From Rhodospirillales bacterium (GTDB lineage Bacteria > Pseudomonadota > Alphaproteobacteria > Rhodospirillales > JANQFP01): a stretch of DNA of 64,000 nucleotides. The stretch lies in contig JANQFP010000028.1 of assembly GCA_028277795.1 (NCBI GenBank), positions 1,273 to 65,272 of the forward strand, in the 5' to 3' direction. Numbering within the stretch: the first letter of the stretch is position 1; every line of letters starts with the position of its first letter. Of this stretch, positions 1-10,771 are shown in pieces. Made by a program: the position numbers and the translations under genes. The notes under the pieces are model-generated. The model made no database searches and had not been told where the DNA came from. It worked only from the letters and a program-made list of their open reading frames with translations.

Positions 1-1
1 G

Positions 2-376
2 CTGGATGATCTGGAGGGCGCGCGCGTCGCGTACGAGAGGAGCATAGAGGTGGAACCGGGTCGCTGGACAGTTCTGTACGAATTGATGCGAACGGCTTTG
101 CGGCTGAAGGACTGGGAGGGGGCACAGGAGGCCTGGGATCGCCTGTCGAGTGCGGCGGAGACGGATGAGCGGCGCCGACAGGCGGCCCTCGCGCGGGCAC
201 ACATGGCGTGCGTCCGGGGCAAAGTTGACGAGGCTTTCGAAGCGATTCGAGGAGCCGTCGAGGCGGATGACGTTCTCGGTGCGGCGAAAGGTGTGAGCGA
301 GCGTGCTGAGGTCGACGGAGCGGGTGAGTACGGCCGAGAATTAATAGAGAAGGCGGAGCAGTACGGCGGTGGGTGA
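2..376 (+). CDS. TPR-like helical-repeat protein, C-terminal part (5' end outside window)
   Basis: The frame is open from nt 2 (LDDLEGARVAYERSIEVEPGRW...), and the listed ORF 50..376 is its tail. It has A/E/R-rich paired helices with a TPR-like pattern (WEGAQEAWDRL...). Confidence 0.4.
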   Translation: MDDLEGARVAYERSIEVEPGRWTVLYELMRTALRLKDWEGAQEAWDRLSSAAETDERRRQAALARAHMACVRGKVDEAFEAIRGAVEADDVLGAAKGVSERAEVDGAGEYGRELIEKAEQYGGG

Positions 377-390
377 TCCACCAAATACAC

Positions 391-565
391 CCCGTTAACG
401 TTAACGGGAATAGTCGGCTGAGGACGACGCCGTTAACAAGGTAGGAGCGGCGAACTCAATCCGTCTCAATCCCGTTAACGGTAAAGGGACTTAACGATGC
501 CTTTACTAGCCCGTAAACGCGGTCCACAACCCGCAACGTAACGACACGTTACGTGTCCGTTATCG
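391..565. repeat. Iteron-like cluster of GTTAAC/CGTTAACG-type motifs including two palindromes; candidate origin or Rep-binding region
   Basis: An 18-bp perfect palindrome CCCGTTAACGTTAACGGG lies at 391-408. Further GTTAAC motifs sit at 432-437 and 474-479. Degenerate copies are CTTAACG 490-496, CCGTAAACG 511-519 and CCGTTATCG 557-565. An inverted pair CGTAACG-ACA-CGTTACG lies at 537-553. These AT-rich hexamers are very unexpected at this density in GC-rich DNA. Confidence 0.6.
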
Positions 566-648
566 AATACCGGGGGACCTTCTCAGCACAGATACATGGA
601 CAAATCATCGCTGGGGTCGATCCGCTGCTGTTGCAAATCTCCGGCAGC

Positions 649-1878
649 CTAAAACGGACAGGGGTCAACCGGCGGCGGGCGGATCACGGCCGACGGGAGC
701 CCGTGCGCTTGGACGAACAGGATCACCCCGAGCAATCCACCATCCTCGGCAGCCTCCAATAACCGATCGGCGACCCCCTTGGCCGCCAGCGCCTCGAAGG
801 CATAGGCGGAAACCGTGCAAACCAGTTCCTTGTCCTCACGCTCAGCCGCCGCCAGCTCCTCGTCGGTCGGATCATCAACCTCATACCGCGCCTTCACGTC
901 GCCAAACCACGTCAGTTGACGAGCGCCCTTGAAGGCCATCGCATAATCCACGAACAACATCCGATCCTGGGGCCGATTGTGCGCCTCGATATCAGCCAGG
1001 ATTTGAAACGGCGTCCGCCCGCCGCGACCGGCTTTCTTTGTGTGAAGGTGCGTGATTTCCCAAGCAATGCCGGCCTTGGTCACATACTCGCCTGCCGCGT
1101 CAGGGCTGTCGGCAAACCGCCAATCCTGAGCCGCACGCGAGCACCGATACCCGGCCCGCTCCGCGACCGTCATCCATCGCCCGATCAGCCAGCCCATGAA
1201 CGCGCCCACATCGACGCCGGAATCGAAGAAGAACAACACGTGGAGGTGCGGATGCCAGCCGGCGTAGCCGTGAGTCACCTCCAAGGCCCTGAGACCACCG
1301 ACAAGGCGCGATCTGTCCCGCGCCCGCGCCCAAGGCGCCCCGGCAATGACCTTGCCCCACAGGCGCGCGATATCCGCCCTGAGCACCGCCACGGCATCGA
1401 ACAGATGGGGGAGGGTCAATGTCGCCATGACCACCACGCCGCCTCGTTCCTGGTGACGAGACACGGCCCGCGCAACCTGTTTCTGCCGCTGCGCGGCGAT
1501 CCGTGCCGTGCACTCGGGACAATGCCAGACCGACCCGCAACTGATCACGCCCGACCAGAATGCCCCGGACGCCGCCTTGAAGACCCGCACCACAGCCTCT
1601 CCCGCCGCGTCCCGCGCCTGGGAGACGTACTGGCCACATCGGGCGACACGCTCGGCCGGGAGGGCGCCCCCGGCGATGTTGCGAAGGCGCTTGCGCGCCC
1701 GCCACCGGTGCCGTGCGTCGTTTTCCGGGGGGTGGGGGGTAAAGTTATTCGCCCCTCTATCAAGGGGAGCGACGCGGCGCGCCGGCTGGGAGAAGGACGC
1801 TCGCCGCTGGGCAGGGGCGCGGCGCCTTTTGGGGCTTGCGCCCCAGCCGTGCGGCTTATGCGTCCGGTGCCACGTCAA
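649..1878 (-). CDS. Rolling-circle replication initiator (HUH endonuclease, pC194/pUB110 Rep_1-like)
   Basis: Shows the Cys motif CGSVWHCPECTARIAAQR, the HUH motif WHPHLHVLFFF and the catalytic Tyr motif AGEYVTKAG. The start is uncertain: the listed start is TTG and there is no in-frame Met until ...VVVMATLTL. Confidence 0.7.
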   Translation of the reverse strand: MTWHRTHKPHGWGASPKRRRAPAQRRASFSQPARRVAPLDRGANNFTPHPPENDARHRWRARKRLRNIAGGALPAERVARCGQYVSQARDAAGEAVVRVFKAASGAFWSGVISCGSVWHCPECTARIAAQRQKQVARAVSRHQERGGVVVMATLTLPHLFDAVAVLRADIARLWGKVIAGAPWARARDRSRLVGGLRALEVTHGYAGWHPHLHVLFFFDSGVDVGAFMGWLIGRWMTVAERAGYRCSRAAQDWRFADSPDAAGEYVTKAGIAWEITHLHTKKAGRGGRTPFQILADIEAHNRPQDRMLFVDYAMAFKGARQLTWFGDVKARYEVDDPTDEELAAAEREDKELVCTVSAYAFEALAAKGVADRLLEAAEDGGLLGVILFVQAHGLPSAVIRPPPVDPCPF

Positions 1879-2095
1879 GGCGCGCTCCGCCCACCTTCGG
1901 CCCTTCGGGCCTGCAGGTGGTTCCCCGCAAGCGGCCTTGACGAAACCACCAGGAGTGCGAACGGAGAGGATTTGGAGCGGAGTAGAGCACGCAAGGATCC
2001 AGGCTTAGAGTCACTCGCCCTGACGATCCGGCCGCAGCATTGGCAAACCAGGACCGGCCCCGGCCCCGCAATTCCGTGCGCGGGTTTGCGGCCTC

Positions 2096-2353
2096 TCACG
2101 CTGCGGGCTCTGCGACCACCTGTGACGTGTTCGAGCAGACGAGGCTTTCGGCCCACTCGATCAGGTCGCGGCGCCGGTAGCGGATCGACCGCGCCGACAC
2201 CTTGACGAACTTCGGCCCGCCGCCCTTGACACGCCAACCTTGGAGCGCGCGGACCGAGTAGCCGACGAAACCGGCGGCCTGGTTCTCGTCGATCAGGCGA
2301 TCGAGATAGTCGGGATCGCGGGCGAGATTGTCGGAGAGGTGCTGAAACTGCAT
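2096..2353 (-). CDS. AlpA/excisionase-family helix-turn-helix DNA-binding protein
   Basis: An 85-aa ORF with ...AGFVGYSVRALQGWRVKGGGPKFVKVSARSIRYRRRDLIEWAES..., the pattern typical of phage/island AlpA-Xis HTH_17 proteins. Confidence 0.65.
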   Translation of the reverse strand: MQFQHLSDNLARDPDYLDRLIDENQAAGFVGYSVRALQGWRVKGGGPKFVKVSARSIRYRRRDLIEWAESLVCSNTSQVVAEPAA

Positions 2354-2440
2354 CGGGTCCGCTCCACATCGGTTAACGACATGGAGCGGACGCTACGGAC
2401 TCAGCGATCCACGAAATAACCCAATAAAGTGGAACTCAGT

Positions 2441-3232
2441 TTATTGTTTTGTGGATTTCTTTAGAGTCTTGAATTTGGAGGCGATTGCCCGCCGGATCGT
2501 CTCGTCGTGCAGGGAGCCCATGCGGGCGGCATCATGCGGGTAGCGTTCCGCCAACCATCGCCGTACCTGGTTCGCCGCGACGGTCATCGGTTTTGAGGGA
2601 TCAAGCATTCCACCGTCCACCAGCGCGTCAAAGGCTTCGACAATGACGGCCTTCTTGGACGGCCTTCCCTGTCGTCGCTTAAGCTCTGGCAGGAACTTAG
2701 TGACATGCCGGGTGCGGATTTCATCTGCCAGCTTCGAGGATATGACCCGCACCGAGACGAAAGACAGTCCTTGCCCCGTGACGCCGGAAAGCTTCCAGTC
2801 GATCTCGCCGGACCAAACATCGGGCGGGATAGAACGCGGTGCATCATCGGGGTCCCGTGGGACGACGTAGCCGTATGCCTTGAGGCGCTCCAGCGACAAG
2901 AGGCGAATGAGGTTGTCTCTCAACGCCTGAATGGCTTGGCCCTTTTGCGACAAAGCCTCCCCGAGAGGCGCCAGAGCGGTCATCAAGTCGAACCCGGCAT
3001 CCAGCCAGTTGGCGTCGTTGGGTAAGTGAGGCTCCGGCATGTTCTCGGGTTCTGGCATACGGACTGCTCGGTAAGCTGCGAGGAGATGATCGGGAGCGAA
3101 GTCAAATGCCGCCCGAGCAAGCCCAACTCCTTGCTCCCACATCTGCCGCTCAACCGGGTCTCGAAACCTAACTGCCATCCCTCTGCATACCCGGTCCCAA
3201 GTCCAAAACGAGCCCGTACGATCCTCCGCCAC
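2441..3232 (-). CDS. Hypothetical protein (island cargo)
   Basis: A 263-aa ORF with coding-like composition in a lower-GC stretch. No motif recognised, and it is not an integrase. Confidence 0.5.
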   Translation of the reverse strand: MAEDRTGSFWTWDRVCRGMAVRFRDPVERQMWEQGVGLARAAFDFAPDHLLAAYRAVRMPEPENMPEPHLPNDANWLDAGFDLMTALAPLGEALSQKGQAIQALRDNLIRLLSLERLKAYGYVVPRDPDDAPRSIPPDVWSGEIDWKLSGVTGQGLSFVSVRVISSKLADEIRTRHVTKFLPELKRRQGRPSKKAVIVEAFDALVDGGMLDPSKPMTVAANQVRRWLAERYPHDAARMGSLHDETIRRAIASKFKTLKKSTKQ

Positions 3233-3300
3233 GTTGCCTTGGTGGCAATATCCCGTCGGCTCTAAAAATCTGCCCTACTGCGCTTACCCGGCGCTTACCC

Positions 3301-3344
3301 AAAAGACGAAAGGCTTAGCGCGTCACTGCTAAGCCTTTGATTTT
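3301..3344. terminator. Bidirectional intrinsic-terminator-like hairpin just downstream of tRNA-Lys
   Basis: Stem AGGCTTAGC (3311-3319) pairs with GCTAAGCCT (3328-3336) around an 8-nt loop. It is flanked by TTTGATTTT on the + strand and TTCGTCTTTT on the - strand. Confidence 0.6.
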
Positions 3345-3345
3345 G

Positions 3346-3421
<76 letters not shown>

Positions 3422-3497
3422 CCAGGGTGGGTCCCCGCATATAGCAAAAGCCCGCACCCCCTGTCGAGCCGCACCGCCGCAAACGGGGCCGACGCCC

Positions 3498-4646
3498 CTA
3501 CAGATCGTCGGGGGCGCCGCGGCGGCCGATGACCACGTCGCGGTGGATGTGCACCGACACCAGGAGCCCGAAGCCGAACAGGAGCGTGATCATCGCCGTG
3601 CCGCCGTAGGAGATCAGCGGCAAGGGCACCCCCACCACCGGGATCAGCCCCATCACCATGGCGATGTTGATGAACACGAACAGGAAGAAGGTGGTGGTCA
3701 CCCCCAGGCCCAAAAGGCGCCCGAACTGGCTGCGGCTGCCCAGGGACATGGCGAAGCCGTAGACCAGAACCAGGGTGTAGAGGCCGAGCAGGGCGAGGCC
3801 GCCCATCAGCCCGAACTCCTCGGCCAGCATGGTGAAGATGAAGTCCGTCTGCTTCTCCGGCAGGAAGTCCAGCTTGCTCTGGGTGCCCTGCATGAAGCCC
3901 TTGCCGAACAGGCCGCCGGAGCCGAGGGCGATCTTCGACTGGATGATGTGGTAGCCGGCCCCCAGGGGGTCGCTCTCCGGATTGAGGAAGGTGAGCACCC
4001 GCTGCTTCTGGTAGTCGCGCAGGAACTGCCAGATGATCGGCGTCAGGCCCACGGCGAGCCCGGCCACGGCGGCGAACCACAAGAGCCGCACCCCGGCCAG
4101 GAAGAACAGGGCCCCGGCGGCGATGATCAGCATCAGCGCCGTCCCCAGGTCCGGCTGCCGCAGCACCAGGGCCGACGGCGCCGCCACCATGAGCAGCGGC
4201 ACCACCAGCAGCAGCGGCCGGTTGACGTCCTCGGCGGCGACCCCGTGGAAGTAGCGCGCCAGGGCCAGCACCAGCGCGATCTTCATCAGCTCCGAGGGCT
4301 GCAGGTTGATGATGCCGAGGTCGATCCAGCGCTGCGCCCCCATGCCCACCGAGCCGCCGATCTCGACGGCGCCGAGCAGGGCCAGGGACACCAGGTAGAA
4401 GCCGTAGGCGTAGCGCAGCCACAGCCGGATGTCGGTCACCGCCACGGCGATCATCATGGCCAGCCCGGCGGCGAAGCGGATCACCTGCCGCGACGTCCAC
4501 GGCTCGACGCTGCCCTTGGCGGCCGAATAGAGCATGGCGAAGCCGATCCCGGCGACGGCGCACAGCAGCAGCACGAACAGCCAGCGCACCTGCCACAGCT
4601 TCTGGCGCAGGGTCAGCTCGGTACGGCTCAAACCGACGGCGGGCAT
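3498..4646 (-). CDS. rodA: Rod shape-determining peptidoglycan glycosyltransferase RodA (FtsW/RodA/SpoVE family)
   Basis: A 382-aa polytopic membrane protein (…QPSELMKIALVLALARYF…, …IPVVGVPLPLISYGGTAM…). It lies directly downstream of PBP2 in the mre/mrd cluster. Confidence 0.9.
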   Translation of the reverse strand: MPAVGLSRTELTLRQKLWQVRWLFVLLLCAVAGIGFAMLYSAAKGSVEPWTSRQVIRFAAGLAMMIAVAVTDIRLWLRYAYGFYLVSLALLGAVEIGGSVGMGAQRWIDLGIINLQPSELMKIALVLALARYFHGVAAEDVNRPLLLVVPLLMVAAPSALVLRQPDLGTALMLIIAAGALFFLAGVRLLWFAAVAGLAVGLTPIIWQFLRDYQKQRVLTFLNPESDPLGAGYHIIQSKIALGSGGLFGKGFMQGTQSKLDFLPEKQTDFIFTMLAEEFGLMGGLALLGLYTLVLVYGFAMSLGSRSQFGRLLGLGVTTTFFLFVFINIAMVMGLIPVVGVPLPLISYGGTAMITLLFGFGLLVSVHIHRDVVIGRRGAPDDL

Positions 4647-4655
4647 CCGGTCACC

Positions 4656-6530
4656 TCATGCCTGGTCGTCGCCCGGCGCCTTGTCGCGCCGGGACACCGG
4701 CGGCCGTGTGCCGAGGCGCTGCTGGGCGGCCAGCAGCACGTCGCGGGCGATGGGCGCCGCCTTCTTGGAGCCGCTGCCGCCGTGCTCCACCACCACGGCG
4801 ACGGCGTAGCGCGGCGCCCGCACCGGGGCGTAGCCGACGAACAGCGCGTGGTCGCGCTCCTTCCACGGCAGGTCTTCGTTCTTCAGCACGCCGGCCTCGC
4901 GCTCGGCCTTGGTGATGCGGCGCACCTGGGCGGTGCCCGTCTTGCCGCCCATCTCCAGGCCCGCCTCGCGGATGGGACTGCCGGCGGCGGTGCCGCTGGG
5001 CCCGTTGACCACGCCGTCCATGGCCTCGCGGATCGCCGCCAGGTGAGCCGGCGTCAGGCCGAGGGACGGCGCGGCGCCGGGTTCCGGCACCGCCACCCCG
5101 GCCGCCGACACCCGGCGGGTCAGGCGCGGCACCACGGCGACGCCGCCGTTGACTAGGCGCGCCGTCATCACGGCGAGCTGCAACGGGGTGGCCAGGATGT
5201 AGCCCTGGCCGATGCCGGCGATCAGGGTCTCGCCCTTCTGCCACGGCGCCCCGGTGGTGGCCAGCTTCCAGGCCCGGGTGGGGAGCAGGCCGCGGCTCTC
5301 GCCGGGCAGCTCCAGGCCCAGGGGCTCCCCCAGCCCCAGCCGCCGGGCCATGTCGGCGATGCGGTCGATGCCGATGCGCCGGGCCGCCTCGTAGAAATAG
5401 ACGTCGCACGACTGGACGATGGCCTGCTCCAGGTCCATGGGTCCGTGGCCGCCCCGTTTCCAGCAGTGGAAGCGGGCATCGCCCAGGGACACGTGGCCCC
5501 GGCAGGTGGACGTGGTCTCGGGCGCGATGATGCCGGCCTCGAGCCCGGCCAGGGCGACCACCATCTTGAAGGTGGAGCCGGGCGCGTACTGGCCGGCGAT
5601 GGTCTTGTTGATCATCGGAGCCTTGGGGTCCGAGGCCAGCGACGACCACTCCTCGGTGCTCAGGCCCCGGTTGAAGGCGTTGGGATCGAACCCGGGCGTC
5701 GACGCCATGGCCAGGATGTCGCCGGTGTGCACGTCGAGCACGACGACCGCGGCACTCTCGCCCCGGATGCGCCGGCTGGCCAGCCGCTGCAGGCCCACGT
5801 CCAGGGTCAGCTCCACGTCGGCCCCGCGCTGGCCCTCCTGGCGCGACAGCTCGCGGATGACCCGGCCCAGGGCATTGACCTCCACCTGCGACGAGCCGCC
5901 GCTGCCGCGCAGGGGTTCGTCGTAGACCTTCTCGATGCCGGCCTTGCCGATGCGGAACCCGGGCAGCTCGAGCAGGGGATCGCCGGTCGCCTCGTCTTCG
6001 GACACCGCGGCCACGTAGCCCAGCACGTGGGCCATCTCCTCGCCGTGCAGGTAGTGGCGGCTCTGGCCTTCCTCGATCATGATGCCGGGCAGGTCGGGGG
6101 CGTTGACCTCGATGCGCGCCACTTCCTCCCAGTTGAGGTTCTCGCGCACGGTGACGGGGACGAACCGGCGCTTGCGGCCGACCTCGCGCAGGATGCGCTG
6201 CCGCTCGCCGTCGCCCAGGTGGATGATGCGCGCCAGCGCATCCAGCGTGGCGTCCACGTCGCCGGCCTGCTCGGAGACCACCACCACCCGGTAGTTCTGC
6301 CGGTTGTCCGCCATCGGCACCCCGAAGCGGTCGACGATGCGCCCCCGCGGCGGCAGCAGGAGCCGCAGGTTGATGCGGTTCTCCTCGGCCAGGGTGGCGT
6401 AGCGTTCGGCCTCGACCACCTGCAGGTAGTACATGCGCCCGACCAGGGCCGTTAGCAGCAGGCCCTTGCCGCCGGCCAGCAGGGCGGCGCGGCGGGTGAA
6501 CACCTTCTGCCGGTCGGGATCCCCGTGCAC
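4656..6530 (-). CDS. mrdA: Penicillin-binding protein 2 (elongasome transpeptidase)
   Basis: A 624-aa protein with an N-terminal anchor and the transpeptidase motifs PGSTFK, …SCD…, …KTGTAQ. It has a GTG start and sits between mreD and rodA. Confidence 0.9.
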   Translation of the reverse strand: MHGDPDRQKVFTRRAALLAGGKGLLLTALVGRMYYLQVVEAERYATLAEENRINLRLLLPPRGRIVDRFGVPMADNRQNYRVVVVSEQAGDVDATLDALARIIHLGDGERQRILREVGRKRRFVPVTVRENLNWEEVARIEVNAPDLPGIMIEEGQSRHYLHGEEMAHVLGYVAAVSEDEATGDPLLELPGFRIGKAGIEKVYDEPLRGSGGSSQVEVNALGRVIRELSRQEGQRGADVELTLDVGLQRLASRRIRGESAAVVVLDVHTGDILAMASTPGFDPNAFNRGLSTEEWSSLASDPKAPMINKTIAGQYAPGSTFKMVVALAGLEAGIIAPETTSTCRGHVSLGDARFHCWKRGGHGPMDLEQAIVQSCDVYFYEAARRIGIDRIADMARRLGLGEPLGLELPGESRGLLPTRAWKLATTGAPWQKGETLIAGIGQGYILATPLQLAVMTARLVNGGVAVVPRLTRRVSAAGVAVPEPGAAPSLGLTPAHLAAIREAMDGVVNGPSGTAAGSPIREAGLEMGGKTGTAQVRRITKAEREAGVLKNEDLPWKERDHALFVGYAPVRAPRYAVAVVVEHGGSGSKKAAPIARDVLLAAQQRLGTRPPVSRRDKAPGDDQA

Positions 6531-6531
6531 C

Positions 6532-7047
6532 TCACTCCGCCTTCAGGAAGGCCTGCTGCCAGCGCACCAGGGCCCACGCCAGGGCCGGGTAGACAGCCGC
6601 CGTCAGCAGGAACTGGACCAACACCGGCCGCGCGTCGAGCAGGGTGACGTGGTAGAGGGCGGCCAGCAGCCAGCTCGCCAGCGCTGCGACGGCGGCGACC
6701 ATGGCGAAGCTCATCCAGATGACGGCGAAGGACTTGCCGACGAAGAACCGCCGCTGCGCCGTCACGCCGCCGTAGACCAGCAGCAGCACCGCCGCGTTGA
6801 TGCCCACCGGGACGCCGGTCAACGCATCCTGCAGCAGGCCGATGACGAACACGGCGGCGGGCGGCATCAGGTCGGGCCGGTAGATGGCCCAATGGTAGAC
6901 CGCCATCAGGGGCAGCAGCGGCGCCACCTGGGGCAGGCCGGGGACGCCCAGGGGCACCACGTGGAGCACCAGAAGCAGCAGGGACAGCGCGAAGGGGCTG
7001 AGCTGCCGCGCCAGGGTGTCCAGGCGCAGCCAGACCGACCGCTTCAT
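6532..7047 (-). CDS. mreD: Rod shape-determining protein MreD
   Basis: A 171-aa hydrophobic protein. Its ATG overlaps the mreC stop (ATGA), and it holds the canonical position in mreBCD. Confidence 0.8.
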   Translation of the reverse strand: MKRSVWLRLDTLARQLSPFALSLLLLVLHVVPLGVPGLPQVAPLLPLMAVYHWAIYRPDLMPPAAVFVIGLLQDALTGVPVGINAAVLLLVYGGVTAQRRFFVGKSFAVIWMSFAMVAAVAALASWLLAALYHVTLLDARPVLVQFLLTAAVYPALAWALVRWQQAFLKAE

Positions 7048-7943
7048 TGCCCCGCCTCGGACCCGGTAGCCGCGGCGGCCGGCACCGGAGTCGATGGGAC
7101 CTGGAGAATGCCGGTGAGGCCGAAATCGACCACCCGGACGTACTCCAGCCGGCTGCGTTCGACGAACGGCTCCACGACGACGACGCCCTCGGCCACCGAG
7201 GTCACGTGGCCCACCGCCAGGCCGGCGGGAAAGGCGCCGCCGTGGCCCGACGTCACCACCCGGTCGCCGGGCGAGATCATGGCCCCGGGCGGCGTGTGGA
7301 TGATGCGCGGCCGGTCGCTGTTGTCGCCGGCCAGGATGGCCCGAATGCGCGACGGCTCCACCAGCACCGGGATGCGCGAGTTGAGGTCGGTGATGAGCAG
7401 GATGCGGGCCGACCGGCTGGCGACGCCGGCGATGCGCCCGACCAGGCCGTCGCCGGTGACCACCGCCTGGCCCTTGCGCACCCCGTCACCGGTGCCGGCG
7501 TTGATCAGCAGGCTGTGGGCGAAGGCGCCGCCGGTGTCGGCGACGACCCGGGCCGAGACGAACCCCGCCGCCGGCGGCGGCACGAACTTGAGCTGCGCCT
7601 TCAGGGCCTTGTTTTCCGCCTCCAGGCGGCGGGCCACGTCCTGCCACTGCAGAAGCCGGGCCCGGTCCCGGCGCAGCCGCTCGTTCTCCTCGTGCAGCGC
7701 GGCCAGCTCCCGGGCGCTCTCGATCAGCCGCCCGGCCGAGGCCACGGGGCGCGACACCACGTCCAGCACCGGGGCCAGGGAGTCGGTGACCTGGGCGCGG
7801 AAGCGCTCCATGAGGAGGGCGTCGGCCTTGCCCAGCAGCATCAGGGCGAAGGCCGTCAGCACCAGGCCGACGTAGACGAAGCGGTGCGCCAGGCCCCGCG
7901 ACGATGCGATGACGCGATGGTCCGATCGCGGGCGTTCGCTCAA
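7044..7943 (-). CDS. mreC: Rod shape-determining protein MreC
   Basis: A 299-aa protein with an N-terminal anchor, a coiled coil (…ENERLRRDRARLLQWQ…LEAENKALKAQL) and a C-terminal beta domain. It has a TTG start with AGGGAG upstream, so the start is uncertain. Confidence 0.8.
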   Translation of the reverse strand: MSERPRSDHRVIASSRGLAHRFVYVGLVLTAFALMLLGKADALLMERFRAQVTDSLAPVLDVVSRPVASAGRLIESARELAALHEENERLRRDRARLLQWQDVARRLEAENKALKAQLKFVPPPAAGFVSARVVADTGGAFAHSLLINAGTGDGVRKGQAVVTGDGLVGRIAGVASRSARILLITDLNSRIPVLVEPSRIRAILAGDNSDRPRIIHTPPGAMISPGDRVVTSGHGGAFPAGLAVGHVTSVAEGVVVVEPFVERSRLEYVRVVDFGLTGILQVPSTPVPAAAATGSEAGQ

Positions 7944-8052
7944 GACGCTGCTCCCTGGCGAAGAAACTCAACAATCTTGATAACGGATCGGGCGATCCGT
8001 TTCAATAACAAGCAAATATTGTCGTTGGAGCGGAGGCGGCGACGGCCAGAGT

Positions 8053-9099
<1,047 letters not shown>

Positions 9100-9193
9100 T
9101 TAACTATCCTCGTCGTGATGCGGCATCGGACGGTACCGAGCAAAACCCGGCACCGTCCGCTCCTTATAGGTAAACGCGGGCCCCGCGGCTAGC

Positions 9194-9250
9194 GAGAAAA
9201 CCGCGCCCGCCGTAGGGTCACGCAGACAACGCCGACGGCGCGGTTTTCTC
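9194..9250 (-). terminator. Candidate terminator hairpin spanning the leuA stop
   Basis: A 14-bp perfect inverted repeat pairs GAGAAAACCGCGCC (9194-9207) with GGCGCGGTTTTCTC (9237-9250). On the minus-strand RNA this gives a CCGCGCC/GGCGCGG stem followed by UUUUCUC. The loop is large (29 nt). Confidence 0.4.
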
Positions 9251-10771
9251 CCGCTCCGTCAACAGCTTGTTCAGCGCGTTCACGTAGGCCTTCACCGACG
9301 CCACCATGGTGTCCGTGTCGGTGCCGCGGCCGTTGACGGTGACGCCCTGGTCTTGGAGTCGCACCGTCACCTCGGCCTGGGCGTCGGTGCCCTGGGTCAC
9401 CGCGTGCACCTGATAGAGCTGCAACGTGGCCTCGGTGGGGAACAGCTTCTTGATGCATTTGAAGGCGGCGTCCACGGGCCCGTCGCCGGTGCCGGCGCAG
9501 GCCCGCACCTCGCCGTCCACGTTCAACTCGAGGGCGGCGGTCGGCGGCCGATGGGTGGTGCCGCACGCGATGTCGAGGGAGACCAGCTGGATATGGTCGT
9601 TGCTGCGCACCACCTCGTCGTCCACCAGCGCGACGATGTCCTCGTCGTAGACCTCCTTCTTGACGTCAGCCAAGTCCTTGAACCGCTTGAAGGCGTCCTC
9701 GATGGAGTTGTCGCCGAGGTCGTAGCCCAGGTCCTTCAGCTTTTCGCGGAACGCGGCCCGCCCCGAGTGCTTGCCGAGAACCAACGTGGACTGGGTGAGC
9801 CCCACCGATTCCGGGGTCATGATCTCGTAGGTCTGGGCATTCTTGAGCATGCCGTCCTGGTGGATGCCCGATTCGTGGGCGAAGGCGTTGGCGCCGACGA
9901 TGGCCTTGTTGGGCTGCACGGTGAACCCGGTGATGGAGGACACCAGGCGCGAGGCGCGGGTGATGACCTCGGTGTTGACGCCGGTGGTGTAGGGCATGCG
10001 GTCGTGGCGGGTGCGCAGGGCCATGACGATCTCTTCCATGGCCGCGTTGCCGGCCCGCTCGCCGAGGCCGTTGACCGTGCACTCCACCTGGCGGGCGCCG
10101 GCGTCCACGGCGGCCAGGGAGTTGGCCACGGCCAAGCCCAGGTCGTTGTGGCAATGCACGGAGACCACCGCCTTGTCGATGTTGGGCACGCGATCGAACA
10201 GCATGGCGATGAGGGCGCCGAACTCGTCGGGGACCGCGTAACCCACCGTGTCGGGGATGTTGATGGTGCCGGCCCCGGCATCGATGGCCGATTCCACGCA
10301 GCGGCACAGGAAGTCGTGGTCGCTGCGCGAGCCGTCCTCGCACGACCACTCCACGTCGTCGGTGAATTTGCGCGCCAAGGTGACGCTGTCGATGACCGCT
10401 TGGTGAACCTCGTCGGGCTCCATCTGCAGCTTGAACTTCATGTGCAGCGGGCTGGTGGAGATGAAGGTGTGGATGCGCCCGCGCCGGGCCGGCTTGATGG
10501 CCTCGGCGGTGCGCTCGATGTCCGTGCGGGTGGCCCGCGAAAGGCCGCAGACGACCGAGTCGTCGATGCTGCGGGCGATCTCCTGGACGGCGCGGAAGTC
10601 GCCGTCGGAGGCGATGGGGAAACCGGCCTCGATCACGTCCACGCCCATTTCGGCGAGGACGTGGGCGACGCGCACCTTTTCTTCCAGGTTCATGGAGGCG
10701 CCCGGCGACTGCTCGCCGTCGCGCAAGGTGGTGTCGAAGATGGTCACCCGGTTGGGATCGGTGGGTCTCAT
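9218..10771 (-). CDS. leuA: 2-isopropylmalate synthase
   Basis: …[20 protein letters not shown]…[17 protein letters not shown]…, with a C-terminal LeuA regulatory domain. I prefer ATG at 10771 (AAGGA upstream) over the listed TTG at 10792. Confidence 0.9.
   Translation of the reverse strand: MRPTDPNRVTIFDTTLRDGEQSPGASMNLEEKVRVAHVLAEMGVDVIEAGFPIASDGDFRAVQEIARSIDDSVVCGLSRATRTDIERTAEAIKPARRGRIHTFISTSPLHMKFKLQMEPDEVHQAVIDSVTLARKFTDDVEWSCEDGSRSDHDFLCRCVESAIDAGAGTINIPDTVGYAVPDEFGALIAMLFDRVPNIDKAVVSVHCHNDLGLAVANSLAAVDAGARQVECTVNGLGERAGNAAMEEIVMALRTRHDRMPYTTGVNTEVITRASRLVSSITGFTVQPNKAIVGANAFAHESGIHQDGMLKNAQTYEIMTPESVGLTQSTLVLGKHSGRAAFREKLKDLGYDLGDNSIEDAFKRFKDLADVKKEVYDEDIVALVDDEVVRSNDHIQLVSLDIACGTTHRPPTAALELNVDGEVRACAGTGDGPVDAAFKCIKKLFPTEATLQLYQVHAVTQGTDAQAEVTVRLQDQGVTVNGRGTDTDTMVASVKAYVNALNKLLTEREKTAPSALSA

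Larger units (their letters stand above)
1..3345. mobile_element. Putative integrated element or remnant abutting the 3' end of tRNA-Lys (rolling-circle Rep, AlpA-like HTH, orphan genes). Left boundary and any integrase lie outside the window.
   Basis: Mobile-element-type genes (HUH Rep, excisionase-like HTH) lie directly downstream of the tRNA 3' end. Stretches here (380-560, 2380-3340) are visibly less GC-rich than the flanking core genes. No att direct repeat or integrase is visible in the window. Confidence 0.4.

Noticed and set aside
2441-3232. Gene adjacent to tRNA-Lys as the expected tyrosine integrase
   Set aside because: The translation shows none of the R…HxxR…Y integrase pattern, so it is kept as hypothetical.
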